Shown here one piece after another: positions 8,945-19,238 of a DNA stretch of 64,000 nucleotides. Every line of letters starts with the position of its first letter. Position 1 is the stretch's first letter. Made by a program: the position numbers and the translations under genes. The notes under the pieces were generated by a model, which was not told the origin of the DNA, searched no databases, and was given only the letters and a program-made list of their open reading frames with translations. Origin of the DNA: Giardia intestinalis (lineage: Eukaryota); the NCBI GenBank assembly GCA_000002435.2, contig CM018793.1; one strand, given 5' to 3'.

Positions 8945-11095
8945 ATGCACTATGGCAGGATGGGATGCTTCAGTTTCACCTGTGAGTGCCTGGGAGCCGT
9001 TTTGAGCCAAAATCTAACATTTACACAAAAGAAGTACCCTCTGCTTATGGCCGATTCTAGTATTCGAGAAGCCGTGGCCGAGATTGCTACTAGCAGTGCC
9101 TTAGATGCTGCCACCAGGAAGATTTTAGCTCAGTTTTTGCGTGACTATGACTCTGCTATGGCTGATAATCAGAAACTACGAACATCTCTGCTTTCACAAA
9201 AGAAAGAATGCAAGCACCATGAAGAATATATCGATTCTCTTAAGCACGCCCTATCAATTAGGGTTCATGACTTTGGGTTTGACTCTGAAGCCGGTGTAGA
9301 CGGCTTGATGCTAATAGGTACCCTGAAGAAAAACCTAAAGCAGGAGGTTGATGCACATCAGGATCTCCTCGAGGTTAACAAGGGCCTTGAGGAAAGACTC
9401 GCCAGTTGCAAGCAGACCCTTTCAGAGCTTCTGAAATCGTCTCAGGCTGCTGCAAAGAAGTTGAAGCAGGCACACGAAAAGTTGGACCTTTACGATACTA
9501 AGCTTAATATCTGGGCATCAGACCTGGCTACAGACGCTGACATAGAAAAAATAACGGCCAAGGTCCGTGAGTCTCGTGAGCTCCGAGAAGCCGTGGAAGA
9601 CATTTCTCTGGAGCTTAACATTATTCCAGAGCAGCCAATTTCCAAGCTCAAGAATGATTTGATGAAGACCATCACAGCTATGAAGTTAGCTATGCAGATA
9701 ATGGATAACGAACTGGAGCAAACCAAAGCAGAAAACCAAGATATGACTGCAATCCAGGAGCAGCTTACGAACACTGTTGCAGAGCAGGAGCAGATAATTG
9801 AAGCATCGCGACCAAGCCATGACTCCTCCTATGCTGAGGAGAAGGCCCGGCTCGAATTGATAATAGAAGACCTTAGAAAGGAGATCTCCAGGCTCCAAGT
9901 GGCCAATGAGCAAGTTTCTGGGCAACTTAAGGAGGCTGAGATCCTACTACAACGTCAAACCATTAGTAGCGTAGCAGGGAGAGACTCCTTTGCTGCAGAG
10001 AACGCCACAGATGCCTTGATAAATCACAGCACAAAAAGCGCTTCTAGCTGCTCTTATGGATTAGAGGTCACTGGCTCTGTTGTTAACACATTGGCATCTG
10101 AGTCAGCACCTGCAGCTTGCGCAATGAAGCTATCTGACCTTCAGCCCCGCCAAGAGGAGGATCAGTCGTCAAGGCTTCTCCAGAGTGAGGTGAGGGAATT
10201 TGCTGGACAGATAGATGCTTTGATACAAGAGAATAACTATCTCAGAGAGGACAAGCGTGAGCTAGAGCGACAAGTCGACGATCTACGTCAGATTATTGAG
10301 CACAAAGACATGAGTATTCAGCTCCTGAACGTCAAGGAAGCCAACAGCAAGTCACAGTTAGACGACTTGATCTTGGAGAATGTCCATTTAACGGAGGAGG
10401 TTCAACGAATCAAGCAGACAAGTGCTGCACCGCCCGCCTCAGTGGTAGATGAGCTCCTCAAGGACGAGGTTGCTGACCTTCGAACGCAGATTTCCCTTCT
10501 TGACAGACGGCTTCGCGAAAGTGAAGCTAGGAATAGCACGCTTCTCAGCGCGGTTTCGGGGTACGAGGACGTTCTACAGCAATCTCTTAACACAGTGGAG
10601 AAGCTTGCGAAGGGAGCAGCTCACGACCTAAATCAGGAGTTGGCACATACTAATAAATCGTCATCTGTACTCCCACAGACACTGAGCCAGACACCAGTAG
10701 AAGAGCCGCACCCTCTCTCCATCACAGATATAGCCTCAACAAAACTGTCAGCTATCAATGCAGCTCCAACTGGCGATGATGGACTGGTTGTTAATTATGA
10801 GCTTGGACCGGGAGATCAAATAGACTTACAGGCAACAGAAACAGGTCACAAGCTGAGCGGAGTCATTGGAGGCAATCACATATGCATCACTACCGCTCCG
10901 CTTCACTCAAGCACCAAGGATAGCTCGTTGGTGCACTCCAAGCACGTCTGTGCAAGCATAGCTGAGTCGACAGGGGATGATAGTAGGGGCCAGTCGATCA
11001 AGATGACTGTCGAAAAGATTATTAGCACATATCGCCAATTTGGTATTGACCTTCCCACTTCGATGATGGAACTGGAGGCCGAACTAGGTCTGTAA
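8945..11095 (+). CDS. Hypothetical coiled-coil protein, 716 aa. An alternative start at 9047 (MADSSIREAV...) sits behind an A-rich initiator-like sequence.
   Basis: Long ORF dominated by predicted coiled coil (LKQEVDAHQDLLEVNKGLEERL... and similar). There is no enzymatic motif. Confidence 0.6.
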   Translation: MHYGRMGCFSFTCECLGAVLSQNLTFTQKKYPLLMADSSIREAVAEIATSSALDAATRKILAQFLRDYDSAMADNQKLRTSLLSQKKECKHHEEYIDSLKHALSIRVHDFGFDSEAGVDGLMLIGTLKKNLKQEVDAHQDLLEVNKGLEERLASCKQTLSELLKSSQAAAKKLKQAHEKLDLYDTKLNIWASDLATDADIEKITAKVRESRELREAVEDISLELNIIPEQPISKLKNDLMKTITAMKLAMQIMDNELEQTKAENQDMTAIQEQLTNTVAEQEQIIEASRPSHDSSYAEEKARLELIIEDLRKEISRLQVANEQVSGQLKEAEILLQRQTISSVAGRDSFAAENATDALINHSTKSASSCSYGLEVTGSVVNTLASESAPAACAMKLSDLQPRQEEDQSSRLLQSEVREFAGQIDALIQENNYLREDKRELERQVDDLRQIIEHKDMSIQLLNVKEANSKSQLDDLILENVHLTEEVQRIKQTSAAPPASVVDELLKDEVADLRTQISLLDRRLRESEARNSTLLSAVSGYEDVLQQSLNTVEKLAKGAAHDLNQELAHTNKSSSVLPQTLSQTPVEEPHPLSITDIASTKLSAINAAPTGDDGLVVNYELGPGDQIDLQATETGHKLSGVIGGNHICITTAPLHSSTKDSSLVHSKHVCASIAESTGDDSRGQSIKMTVEKIISTYRQFGIDLPTSMMELEAELGL

Positions 11096-11139
11096 ATGGA
11101 GTTAGAGAAAAAATTGAGAATTGAGCAAGGTCCGGGCAA

Positions 11140-11724
11140 ATGTTTTCTACAGCGGATGCCCTCGATATGGGGACCGACACTCAGCTGTCAGGTATCCGCA
11201 CAGACCTAATTAACGCCATGAATGCAAAGCCTCGGTATATCTTGAAGACGAATGCAAATATGGTTTCTTTCAAAGACATCCTCAGCGCCAGTGAGCAGGA
11301 CGGAAGCTACATGTATGCAGGTATTACGAAACCCGCAGACCGACTACTTGTCAGCCGTCTCCAACTTCATGACCAAGCTCTTTTGATTCACTCGGCCCCT
11401 GCACGCATGGCCGGGGCACATGCCATCGTGGAAGTTGCCGGACGGCCGCAAACATATTTCGATCTCAGTCTTCGACGGCAGGCCCATCGGGTTCCGCTCC
11501 GTTATATTCGAGCCTTACGACGAGTAATTCCACTCAAGCTCCTCGTTCAGGTTGGTCGAGAACTTGAGATAGAGCTATTCAGCGAAAAAAGACGACTGAC
11601 GATCGATCAAATTACGGAGGCTCAGTTTATAACATTGCTCAAGTTGGAGGAGAGCAGGGAAGAGGCAGATGGCGAGGCCACTAGACCGAGCGATAGCTCC
11701 TCACATAGCGATCTCAATTGTTAG
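11140..11724 (+). CDS. Hypothetical protein, 194 aa.
   Basis: Complete ORF whose 3' end overlaps the convergent GHMP-kinase gene by 24 nt. Confidence 0.45.
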   Translation: MFSTADALDMGTDTQLSGIRTDLINAMNAKPRYILKTNANMVSFKDILSASEQDGSYMYAGITKPADRLLVSRLQLHDQALLIHSAPARMAGAHAIVEVAGRPQTYFDLSLRRQAHRVPLRYIRALRRVIPLKLLVQVGRELEIELFSEKRRLTIDQITEAQFITLLKLEESREEADGEATRPSDSSSHSDLNC

Positions 11725-12780
11725 GTATCCATCGAAGGTATTGTCTGTAACAGCGGATGCTGTTATGCAAAGGAATGCATCATATCCTCCTGCTCCGACA
11801 CACATAGCACCCACAACCCTATCCTTGGCCATCAGCAGCTCGATAAGATCTGATATCTCCTTGGGCTCTATCTCTACTCCGTTCTCTGTAGAGAAGGACT
11901 TTTGAGCCTGCCGGTACTCTTGCAGCTGTTTCCGAATATCCTCGACTGAGCTCTTCTGGGCAACGAGGGCATTTATCAGGATCTCCGATGCCTTTATTAA
12001 ATGCTCATATGACTGTGTACTCCCATACGTTGATGTAAGCTTTTGCAGCTGCTTTGTCGTGGAGGTACCTCTATCGAGTTTGTGTTGGGGCTTGAGTAGG
12101 TAGAAGTGGAACTGTGGAAGCGACACTGACAGCGCCTTGGGAAGCTCATCTCCATGGGTTAGTATCTGCAACTGGGGCATGAGAGCAGACAGACACGAGC
12201 CTGACCGTGCAGCGTGGGCCAATTCACACACTTTTGAGTGATATTGACCGTTTTGCCTGTAAACTATTGGCACTTGACTTAGTACAGAAGCAACGTCGTA
12301 CCCGCTTGACTGACCCTGGACCAATAGGCAGCTGAAGTGGGCCAGGACAAAGGTCTCTGCTCCCCTGAGCTCGGCACCGATGCAGCTAGCGAGCTCCACA
12401 ATTGTACCAACAGTTACCATCGCTGATGATCCTATTCCCAGCTTTGCGCCAGGTGGCCTTGACTCCGATGTCCTCACTGTGATTTCCAATCTATCATGTT
12501 TTGTGCGTAGGTATGCTAGGAGTACAAGACAGGCTGTGCGGACAAAAGCGGTCTCGGGGTCCGATGCGGTATAAAGATCGGTCTTCTCAGCAGGAATCTC
12601 GACTGTGATAGACGACGCAGCCCGGGGGAGAACAAGTGTGATGAATCCGCGGCGCCCGGGGCCCACAGACACGATAACGTCCATGGTGGCAGACCTCACG
12701 GGCAGGGCGAGGCCGCAGCCCGCGGGGGCAAGCACTGCGTAGCCGCCGACGGCGAGGGTCTTCCCATGGAGACGCATCAC
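11701..12780 (-). CDS. GHMP-family kinase, most like an ERG8-type phosphomevalonate kinase, 359 aa.
   Basis: The N-terminal HGKTLAVGGYAVL resembles ERG8 GKxLLAGGYLVL. KLGIGSSAMVTVGTI matches the GHMP ATP-binding motif PxGSGLGSSAA. Confidence 0.6.
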   Translation of the reverse strand: MMRLHGKTLAVGGYAVLAPAGCGLALPVRSATMDVIVSVGPGRRGFITLVLPRAASSITVEIPAEKTDLYTASDPETAFVRTACLVLLAYLRTKHDRLEITVRTSESRPPGAKLGIGSSAMVTVGTIVELASCIGAELRGAETFVLAHFSCLLVQGQSSGYDVASVLSQVPIVYRQNGQYHSKVCELAHAARSGSCLSALMPQLQILTHGDELPKALSVSLPQFHFYLLKPQHKLDRGTSTTKQLQKLTSTYGSTQSYEHLIKASEILINALVAQKSSVEDIRKQLQEYRQAQKSFSTENGVEIEPKEISDLIELLMAKDRVVGAMCVGAGGYDAFLCITASAVTDNTFDGYLTIEIAM

Positions 12781-12839
12781 CTAATGCCACAATTCGGAAT
12801 GAGATATCACACCTGTCCCTTTTCTTGGGCTCAGGGCGC

Positions 12840-12922
12840 GCAACTTTGGCCGAGTGGTTAAGGCGCTGCGTTCAGGTCGCAGTGGGAGTCATCCCGCGTG
12901 GGTTCGAGCCCCACAGGTTGCA
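12840..12922 (+). tRNA. tRNA-Leu (anticodon CAG), type II with a long variable arm.
   Basis: Hand-folded. Acceptor stem GCAACTT/AGGTTGC, D-arm GCCGAGTGGTTAAGGC, anticodon stem CTGCG/CGCAG with loop TTCAGGT, a 15-nt variable arm, T-arm GTGGG-TTCGAGC-CCCAC and discriminator A. Confidence 0.8.
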
Positions 12923-12940
12923 CTTTGTCGCGCGCCACTT

Positions 12941-13375
12941 ACCATTACCTACCATTACCTACCATTACCTACCATTACCTACCATTACCTACCATTACCT
13001 ACCATTACCTACCATTACCTACCATACCTACCATTACCTACCATTACCTACCATTACCTACCATTACCTACCATTACCTACCATTACCTACCACCTACCA
13101 TTCCCTACCATTACCTACCATTACCTACCATTACCTACCATTACCTACCATTACCTACCATTACCTACCATTACCTACCATTACCTACCATTACCTACCA
13201 TTACCTACCATTACCTACCATTACCTACCATTACCTACCATTACCTACCATTACCTACCATTACCTACCATTACCTACCATTACCTACCATTACCTACCA
13301 TTACCTACCATTACCTACCATTACCTACCATTACCTACCATTACCTACCATTACCTACCATTACCTACCATTACC
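12941..13375. repeat. Decameric minisatellite (ACCATTACCT)n, about 43.5 copies over 435 bp, with two degenerate units near 13021 and 13091.
   Basis: The period-10 tandem array can be read directly in the sequence. The table ORFs covering it (HYLPLPTITY... in three frames) are translation artefacts of the repeat. Confidence 0.95.
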
Positions 13376-13383
13376 GAAAAAAG

Positions 13384-13456
13384 TGCCTGTGGTGAGGCTT
13401 GAACTCACGACCTATAGCTTATGAGACTATCGCTCTGCCGACTGAGCTACACAGAC
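13384..13456 (-). tRNA. tRNA-Met (anticodon CAT), elongator type.
   Basis: The reverse complement folds as acceptor GTCTGTG/CACAGGC, D-arm GCTC-AGTCGGCA-GAGC, anticodon stem ATAGT/GCTAT with loop CTCATAA, T-arm GTGAG-TTCAAGC-CTCAC and discriminator A. A T6 Pol III terminator follows immediately downstream on the coding strand (plus-strand A-run 13377-13382). Confidence 0.8.
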
Positions 13457-13514
13457 GTGTCGATCTCACAAAAGAAATAACCTGCGTGCTCTTTCCTGTT
13501 GGATTATTCATTCG

Positions 13515-14096
13515 ATGCAGATGCAAGGGGCCGTCCGTGACGCACAGGCCAAGCCCTGCCGGTTCCACGAGTGCACGGGCTATTGCCGACACGGGACGGA
13601 GTGCCGGAATAGGCACGCGCTCTTCACAGACGGGCGAATGCTCATGCTCCGGAACATCATACCCCGGATCCAGCACAAGGACAAGGCCGAGCTCTACAAG
13701 TTCTACGACCATTGCTTCGAGGACATCTTCCTCCGCCTGGCGCAGCTCGGCCCCATGCAGGACTTCCTGGTAGCGGAGAACACGAACCATCTGGCAGGGA
13801 CGGTCTACGCACAGTATGCAAGCCAGGTGGCCGCGCAAGACGTGGCTTCTAAGCTATCTAATACATACTATGCTGGATTTCCGGTCAAAGCAGAGGTGAT
13901 AGGGGTGGAGAGCATCCATAAGACGCTCTGCAGGGACGAATATGCGTCGGGGAAGTCTGGGAGCAAGTGTGCCCATGGGCTCTCCTGCAGCTTTGTGCAC
14001 AAGTTCTTGCCCCAGCAGAAGATGTGGGAAGACATGAAGCTCCTCCTGGCCCCCAGCCAAAGGCAAGCGGGCTGTAGTCGTACCATTAAGAAGTGA
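13515..14096 (+). CDS. U2AF small-subunit (U2AF35)-like splicing factor with a C3H zinc finger, a UHM/RRM-like core and a second C3H zinc finger, 193 aa.
   Basis: CRFHECTGYCRHGTECRNRH resembles the U2AF35 N-terminal zinc finger. The central region shows spacing similar to the U2AF35 UHM. CRDEYASGKSGSKCAHGLSCSFVHK resembles the U2AF35 C-terminal zinc finger. Confidence 0.55.
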   Translation: MQMQGAVRDAQAKPCRFHECTGYCRHGTECRNRHALFTDGRMLMLRNIIPRIQHKDKAELYKFYDHCFEDIFLRLAQLGPMQDFLVAENTNHLAGTVYAQYASQVAAQDVASKLSNTYYAGFPVKAEVIGVESIHKTLCRDEYASGKSGSKCAHGLSCSFVHKFLPQQKMWEDMKLLLAPSQRQAGCSRTIKK

Positions 14097-14156
14097 AGGG
14101 ATGAAGGGAAAGTAAAGTGTAAAGCAAAATACAAAAAATAACAGCTCTTCTTAAAA

Positions 14157-17100
14157 TTGGAAACAATTGGCTGCGCTGAGATGCACCACCGCTCTGATTG
14201 CTTTTCCAACGGCGAGTCTTCCATTCATTTTGCGCGCGACGATGGCACTGTAATGAAGTACTCTGCGGAGTACCCCTTTCGGCCACTCGGACTTCTCAAG
14301 ACAGAAACCAGTTCTGGTGATCAGCAGCTCTGTGACATGCGCACTGTTGGAGACACTCTCTTCCTCATTTACATTAAAAAGACAGAACAGCAAGCAACAA
14401 CTATGACTATTGCCAATGATGTTAGTACTAAAATATCAACAATCACCATCATCACTCCTCATCCCGCATCGTCATTCACCATTTCACTTGATGATATGCT
14501 GAATCTACGGATAACCTTTATTAACGTTGACTCCAACGAAGATCGTGTTCTGGCATCCCACCGTGTCCAGATTGACTTACGAGAGCCGCTACTTGAATAT
14601 AATCTCGGGTTTGCGTTTTCCTCAGACTCTGCAGACTTCCATGTTGCACTCCCAGACTTTTATATATGTGATGTTTTAGCAACCAAAGACACCCTGGCTA
14701 TATTGTCGTCGTCATTTGTGATACTTTACAGTCTTGTTGACGGGTCACAAGACCCGATTCAGCTCTTTATTCCGGAAACAGACGTGTCTCGGGTGGATTC
14801 AGGTTATACTACCTTTGGAGGGATACAACATCCGTTGCTTCAGGCCTACAGGCTTTTCTATGTTGGGACGATAATACTTGTCCTCACGCCCAGTTGCCTT
14901 TATCAGATTGAGCACTTCTCTGACAATACAGTCAGTCTCACTGTGGTCTCTAAGATCTCAAATAGGATCTTAGCGTACACGGCAACAGATAGCTTATTTG
15001 CTCTTTGCACTTCTAGCTACACGGTCATGTTGCTGTTCATGCCTCCCGGAGCTGACTACTTGAGCATCAGTGTCTATAACATAGCTAATGATGTCAACAA
15101 TCGCCTTTTTAGTCTTTCTATGGACTACCTCGTCCAGGCTAGTCAGGCAAGTGAAGCAAGCTACCTAGAAAAACTCCCGTCCACCTGGCCAGCCACGCCT
15201 AATCCCCTAGGTCTGGCAATGGACAGGTATATGGACGGGCTTGTGACCAAAAGGTGTGTCAGAAGTGGGACAACTAACATCTTGTCTACATTTCCTTCAC
15301 GGCCTTCTCACAGTAACATCCGCATCTTGCTTGTTCCGCTGCAAGGAAAGGATTCTGTTCTTGTTACATTTGTTCATCTTGCTCCACCGTCTTCTCTTAC
15401 TAGCTCGTCTTCTGACTTTACGGTTGTCGGGTCCTTTATTCATGATCTATCCAGTGAGTCTGAGGGAGCTCGCTTGCAGCGCGTGGAGTCTCTCTCAAAG
15501 GCTGAAGCATCAGCATTTTCTGGTAAAAAGGATTCATTCTTCAAAGATTTATATGGCGGATTTTCCCCCTATGTGAAAATAAAAACCGGACCCGATGCTG
15601 TGGCAGCAATATCTGAGGGGTTATTTATCAATCCTTCTTACTTAAAAACCAAGCCGATTGCTTACTATCTCCACCTCCTTGTTAATATAAATGTTGCTAT
15701 CTGCATCGCGCTATCGAAGTTTCTTGTCACTAATTCTCATTTCAATAACATCAAGATGGTCAAGCATGCTAAGATGAGCATTCTTTACGACATCCTAACA
15801 TTACGGGATGACATGCTGCACCACCTTACTTCGGAATGGAACCACACCGTTGCTTTATCTACTCCTGCAGAGGACCCTCAGACACGCCTCCTGCTTTCTG
15901 CATATGGAAGCCAGGATGTGATGGGCCTCTATAGCCATTTGTATTATAGCCCAACCTCTGATCTTGGCCTTAACCCGCCATCGATTCACTCTGGGAATCG
16001 CTTGTTGACTGTATTTACGGTGGGGTTCACGAGTGGTCTGTCCATCTATGACTTGACGAAAGCACTATTACTTAAAGCAAGCCCTCGGCACTACACCAAT
16101 GCATTTACTACTATCGATACACTATCCCTTGCCGAATACACTTCCTCTTTTAGGCATAACGTCTTCTATGCGGAGTTTCGACTGGTTGCATGGTCGTTGT
16201 CGTCTTCCTACCGCACTACTTTGGGCGGAAGATGTTCTGAAAATATGCCTTGTCTGTCAGATAACTTTTTATTTGACAAGGGACCCCATTCAAAACTGGA
16301 CAAGAAACTGAATTGGCTACCTCTGACCTCGAACTCTGCTGTTCCACACGAGAGCGTTTACCTGGCTGGTGGCACATTACATCACACCATGTTTTTGAGC
16401 TCGTGTCATGTGCCCATGGAGACATCCATTCTCACGCCTTGCCCAGACTCGGTGGTAAGCGACATCAACCAATATGTCGTGAAGCTCCTCTCTGCCAACA
16501 TTAACGCTAGAAACTTTTATCTACCAAGGTTTTTCTATACTGGAATTACTACATCATCCGATGAGGCATCTAAGCGAAGCGTCGAAGAAGGGCAAGCTCA
16601 AACGAGCGCACCCAATGGACCTTCTGTTGATCAGAAGACCGTAAATAAGAATGCCCCTACTCAGAAACTCTATTGCAAGTTTGACCCCATCATTACACTT
16701 CGTGAGTTCACCAGGCGTTTCCTCCCCGACTTTGATCTTCTTATGTCCATTCTCTCATCTCTATTTGGCATTCTTCTAGACGTGGTTCGCACCCAAGGCA
16801 GCAGGGCTAAGTACATACTCCGCATGATTAGTTTGGATACGGTGTTCTTGGAGCTTACGTCTCTGAATGGATTTGGCGGCATGTATTACTTTGGAAAGGA
16901 TCTGGAAGCATCTCCGTACAGACTTAAGCTGCCCTTTTACACGCTAGGACCAGAAGCGTCCGCACTTTTTCCTAGCCGAGGAACTCTTCCTCCTCTATTA
17001 TCAGATTCGGCGCATATCAGCACTGAATATTATCCCTCCCTCTTGCTGACTGGGCTGGTGGCCCAGCTCTTCTTTGAGCTACTGCAGATCTACACGTCTG

Positions 17101-19208
17101 GCATGCTGGCCAGTAACGATTTACTTAACGTTGAAAAGCTAGCAAATGTTACTGAGCACGTCAATCAGGACGCAACGGTAACGTATGCTCTCGGTCCCCT
17201 GGTGCTGAAACAAAATACCCAATCTACGCTTTACACGCCAGCCATGTGCGATGTCGGCACGGCATTCGATGTTCTTTTCAGTGCAACAGCACGGCCATAT
17301 CAAAGGCTCCTCTATTTGAACAACATTCTTCTGAATATCCACTTGCTGGCCAAACTAGACATAGCCCTGGTGGTGAGGACCCTTTACCAGCATTGTAGCA
17401 GAATTGCTGGACACCAGTTCACGATCATCAACCTTCTTAAGATGTACGACTTCTTCTGCCACGCTGCAGAGAGCATAATTGAAAATCCTATGGAGCTCCA
17501 GATAACGCTCAAGGTGCTTCAGGAGAGGTTTGGCACACACATGCAATACTATGATAGCATCTTTGAATCTAATTTGTCCATAAATCAGTCAGATTTCTCG
17601 GAATACATAGCATTTTGCAAAGAAAAGATCCCGCCCTTCTTGCTCCACCTGTATGACAAATCACCAACGAGAGATTATACGATCGTTGTTGAGAGCTTAC
17701 TGTACTCTAATGAAGACCTAATGTATCGGCAGCAAATAGTGGATAGCTATAGGTCCGATCCAGTGTATCAAGCCAAGCTGAAAGAAGACCCTAGTCACCC
17801 CATTGTGCAGCTGAAGGATGCAATTTTGGAGCTCCGGCTGTATCGCAAGTATCGCCTCTCCTGCAACATCACCAAGAATAAGATCCTTTACGGTATGTTG
17901 GAGGCGTGCATGAACGCTACTCCAACTACGCAGACAGTATGCATAACATATGAGAACGACCCTGGCATTGACGGCGGGGGTATCTTTCGATCAATGATTT
18001 CCCAGTGCTTTATGGAACTACTAAATGAGGAGGAGATCCGTGGCTCACCTATTCTTAACATGGTAGAGCATAAGTTGATTCCAGCGTTCCTTGGGTACAT
18101 ACCCCTTGCTAGTTCAGAGGTTGTTCCTCGACTGTCCCAAAAGAGGTCTGCGCTCTACTATCTGGGTAGATTGTTTGCCTTTGCCGTTGTTTATAATGTA
18201 AGATTTCCAAAGGTTTTTGATTCCAGGTTGATCTCATGCCTCATAGGAGGGAGACTCTATCTTGACAACGAGATCAACAACAAATACAAGGCTGAGCGCG
18301 AAAACGATCCCATGTTCAACGTTAACGGAACCCCAGTCGATCTTCTGTATCCAATTAACTCGCAGTTTTACAAAAAGTACTATGGCTCTGCAGACAAACT
18401 CTTTAAGTTTACCCTAGGCAAGCTATATACAGAAGGGCGGGCCAAGGGCTACATCACTGGTCCTCCTGGCAACATGGACGACCTCACCCATCTTGTTTCG
18501 GCCCTTAAAGATATCCCTGACTACAAGGTTCCAGAAATTTTTGATGATATGGCAACCCCAGACTTTGTGGTGTCGACACGGAAGCTGACCGAGACAAAGA
18601 ATTGCGTTCTGAAGTGGGTTATTTCGCTGTTCAATGGAATCAAATCTGGAGACGCCTTTAAAAAGCATCTTTCCGAATTCAGAAACGGATTTAGACAGCC
18701 ATTTGGCAATGCAATGTCACAAAAGTCAGACGAGAGGGTGCAAAAGATATGTCAGCGAATTGATAAGGCGCTTTCAGAGATATCCCTCAATGACTTTGAG
18801 GCTCTCTTTATGGCAGATCTGGAGATAGACCGAGCCACAATTGCAAATATCATCCAGCCATACACTAAGTCAGATCCGTTGGAGAATCTGGGAGAGTCTA
18901 AGCCGAACATTAGAGATCGCAAGAAGGTTCTAGACAATCTGATTTCTTGCCTAAAGCAGGTTATCCTAAACCCCAAATTAATGAACTCAACAAGCCTAGG
19001 AGACTTTATGTATGCAGCCACGGGCAGCAGATACACCATTGGCATAACACTGTATGTCAAGGCACACAACGAAGGGCCCCTTGTCATCTTCCACACATGC
19101 AACAATCTCATTGAGCTGCCGTCCAGTGTCAAGAGCATAGAAGAAATGCACAGAGTTCTGTTATTCAGCATGTATGAAGCAGTTCACGGTGGATTTGGCA
19201 TTGCATAA
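14157..19208 (+). CDS. HECT-domain E3 ubiquitin-protein ligase, 1,683 aa.
   Basis: The C-terminal ~350 aa carry HECT hallmarks, including the catalytic-Cys motif IFHTCNNLIELP about 35 aa from the C-terminus and a terminal ...EAVHGGFGIA. Confidence 0.85.
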   Translation: METIGCAEMHHRSDCFSNGESSIHFARDDGTVMKYSAEYPFRPLGLLKTETSSGDQQLCDMRTVGDTLFLIYIKKTEQQATTMTIANDVSTKISTITIITPHPASSFTISLDDMLNLRITFINVDSNEDRVLASHRVQIDLREPLLEYNLGFAFSSDSADFHVALPDFYICDVLATKDTLAILSSSFVILYSLVDGSQDPIQLFIPETDVSRVDSGYTTFGGIQHPLLQAYRLFYVGTIILVLTPSCLYQIEHFSDNTVSLTVVSKISNRILAYTATDSLFALCTSSYTVMLLFMPPGADYLSISVYNIANDVNNRLFSLSMDYLVQASQASEASYLEKLPSTWPATPNPLGLAMDRYMDGLVTKRCVRSGTTNILSTFPSRPSHSNIRILLVPLQGKDSVLVTFVHLAPPSSLTSSSSDFTVVGSFIHDLSSESEGARLQRVESLSKAEASAFSGKKDSFFKDLYGGFSPYVKIKTGPDAVAAISEGLFINPSYLKTKPIAYYLHLLVNINVAICIALSKFLVTNSHFNNIKMVKHAKMSILYDILTLRDDMLHHLTSEWNHTVALSTPAEDPQTRLLLSAYGSQDVMGLYSHLYYSPTSDLGLNPPSIHSGNRLLTVFTVGFTSGLSIYDLTKALLLKASPRHYTNAFTTIDTLSLAEYTSSFRHNVFYAEFRLVAWSLSSSYRTTLGGRCSENMPCLSDNFLFDKGPHSKLDKKLNWLPLTSNSAVPHESVYLAGGTLHHTMFLSSCHVPMETSILTPCPDSVVSDINQYVVKLLSANINARNFYLPRFFYTGITTSSDEASKRSVEEGQAQTSAPNGPSVDQKTVNKNAPTQKLYCKFDPIITLREFTRRFLPDFDLLMSILSSLFGILLDVVRTQGSRAKYILRMISLDTVFLELTSLNGFGGMYYFGKDLEASPYRLKLPFYTLGPEASALFPSRGTLPPLLSDSAHISTEYYPSLLLTGLVAQLFFELLQIYTSGMLASNDLLNVEKLANVTEHVNQDATVTYALGPLVLKQNTQSTLYTPAMCDVGTAFDVLFSATARPYQRLLYLNNILLNIHLLAKLDIALVVRTLYQHCSRIAGHQFTIINLLKMYDFFCHAAESIIENPMELQITLKVLQERFGTHMQYYDSIFESNLSINQSDFSEYIAFCKEKIPPFLLHLYDKSPTRDYTIVVESLLYSNEDLMYRQQIVDSYRSDPVYQAKLKEDPSHPIVQLKDAILELRLYRKYRLSCNITKNKILYGMLEACMNATPTTQTVCITYENDPGIDGGGIFRSMISQCFMELLNEEEIRGSPILNMVEHKLIPAFLGYIPLASSEVVPRLSQKRSALYYLGRLFAFAVVYNVRFPKVFDSRLISCLIGGRLYLDNEINNKYKAERENDPMFNVNGTPVDLLYPINSQFYKKYYGSADKLFKFTLGKLYTEGRAKGYITGPPGNMDDLTHLVSALKDIPDYKVPEIFDDMATPDFVVSTRKLTETKNCVLKWVISLFNGIKSGDAFKKHLSEFRNGFRQPFGNAMSQKSDERVQKICQRIDKALSEISLNDFEALFMADLEIDRATIANIIQPYTKSDPLENLGESKPNIRDRKKVLDNLISCLKQVILNPKLMNSTSLGDFMYAATGSRYTIGITLYVKAHNEGPLVIFHTCNNLIELPSSVKSIEEMHRVLLFSMYEAVHGGFGIA

Positions 19209-19215
19209 AGTAAAT
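19209..19215 (+). promoter_or_regulatory. Putative Giardia polyadenylation signal AGTAAAT (AGTRAAY) immediately after the HECT gene stop.
   Basis: The heptamer begins 1 nt after the TAA stop at 19206-19208. Confidence 0.4.
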
Positions 19216-19238
19216 TTTCTATCTCCATCCAAAAAAGG

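Noticed and set aside
12825-13424. Three overlapping plus-strand ORFs (199, 182 and 165 aa) translating to HYLPLPTITY... repeats.
   Set aside because: These are pure translation artefacts of the (ACCATTACCT)n minisatellite read in three frames. They also run across a tRNA gene.
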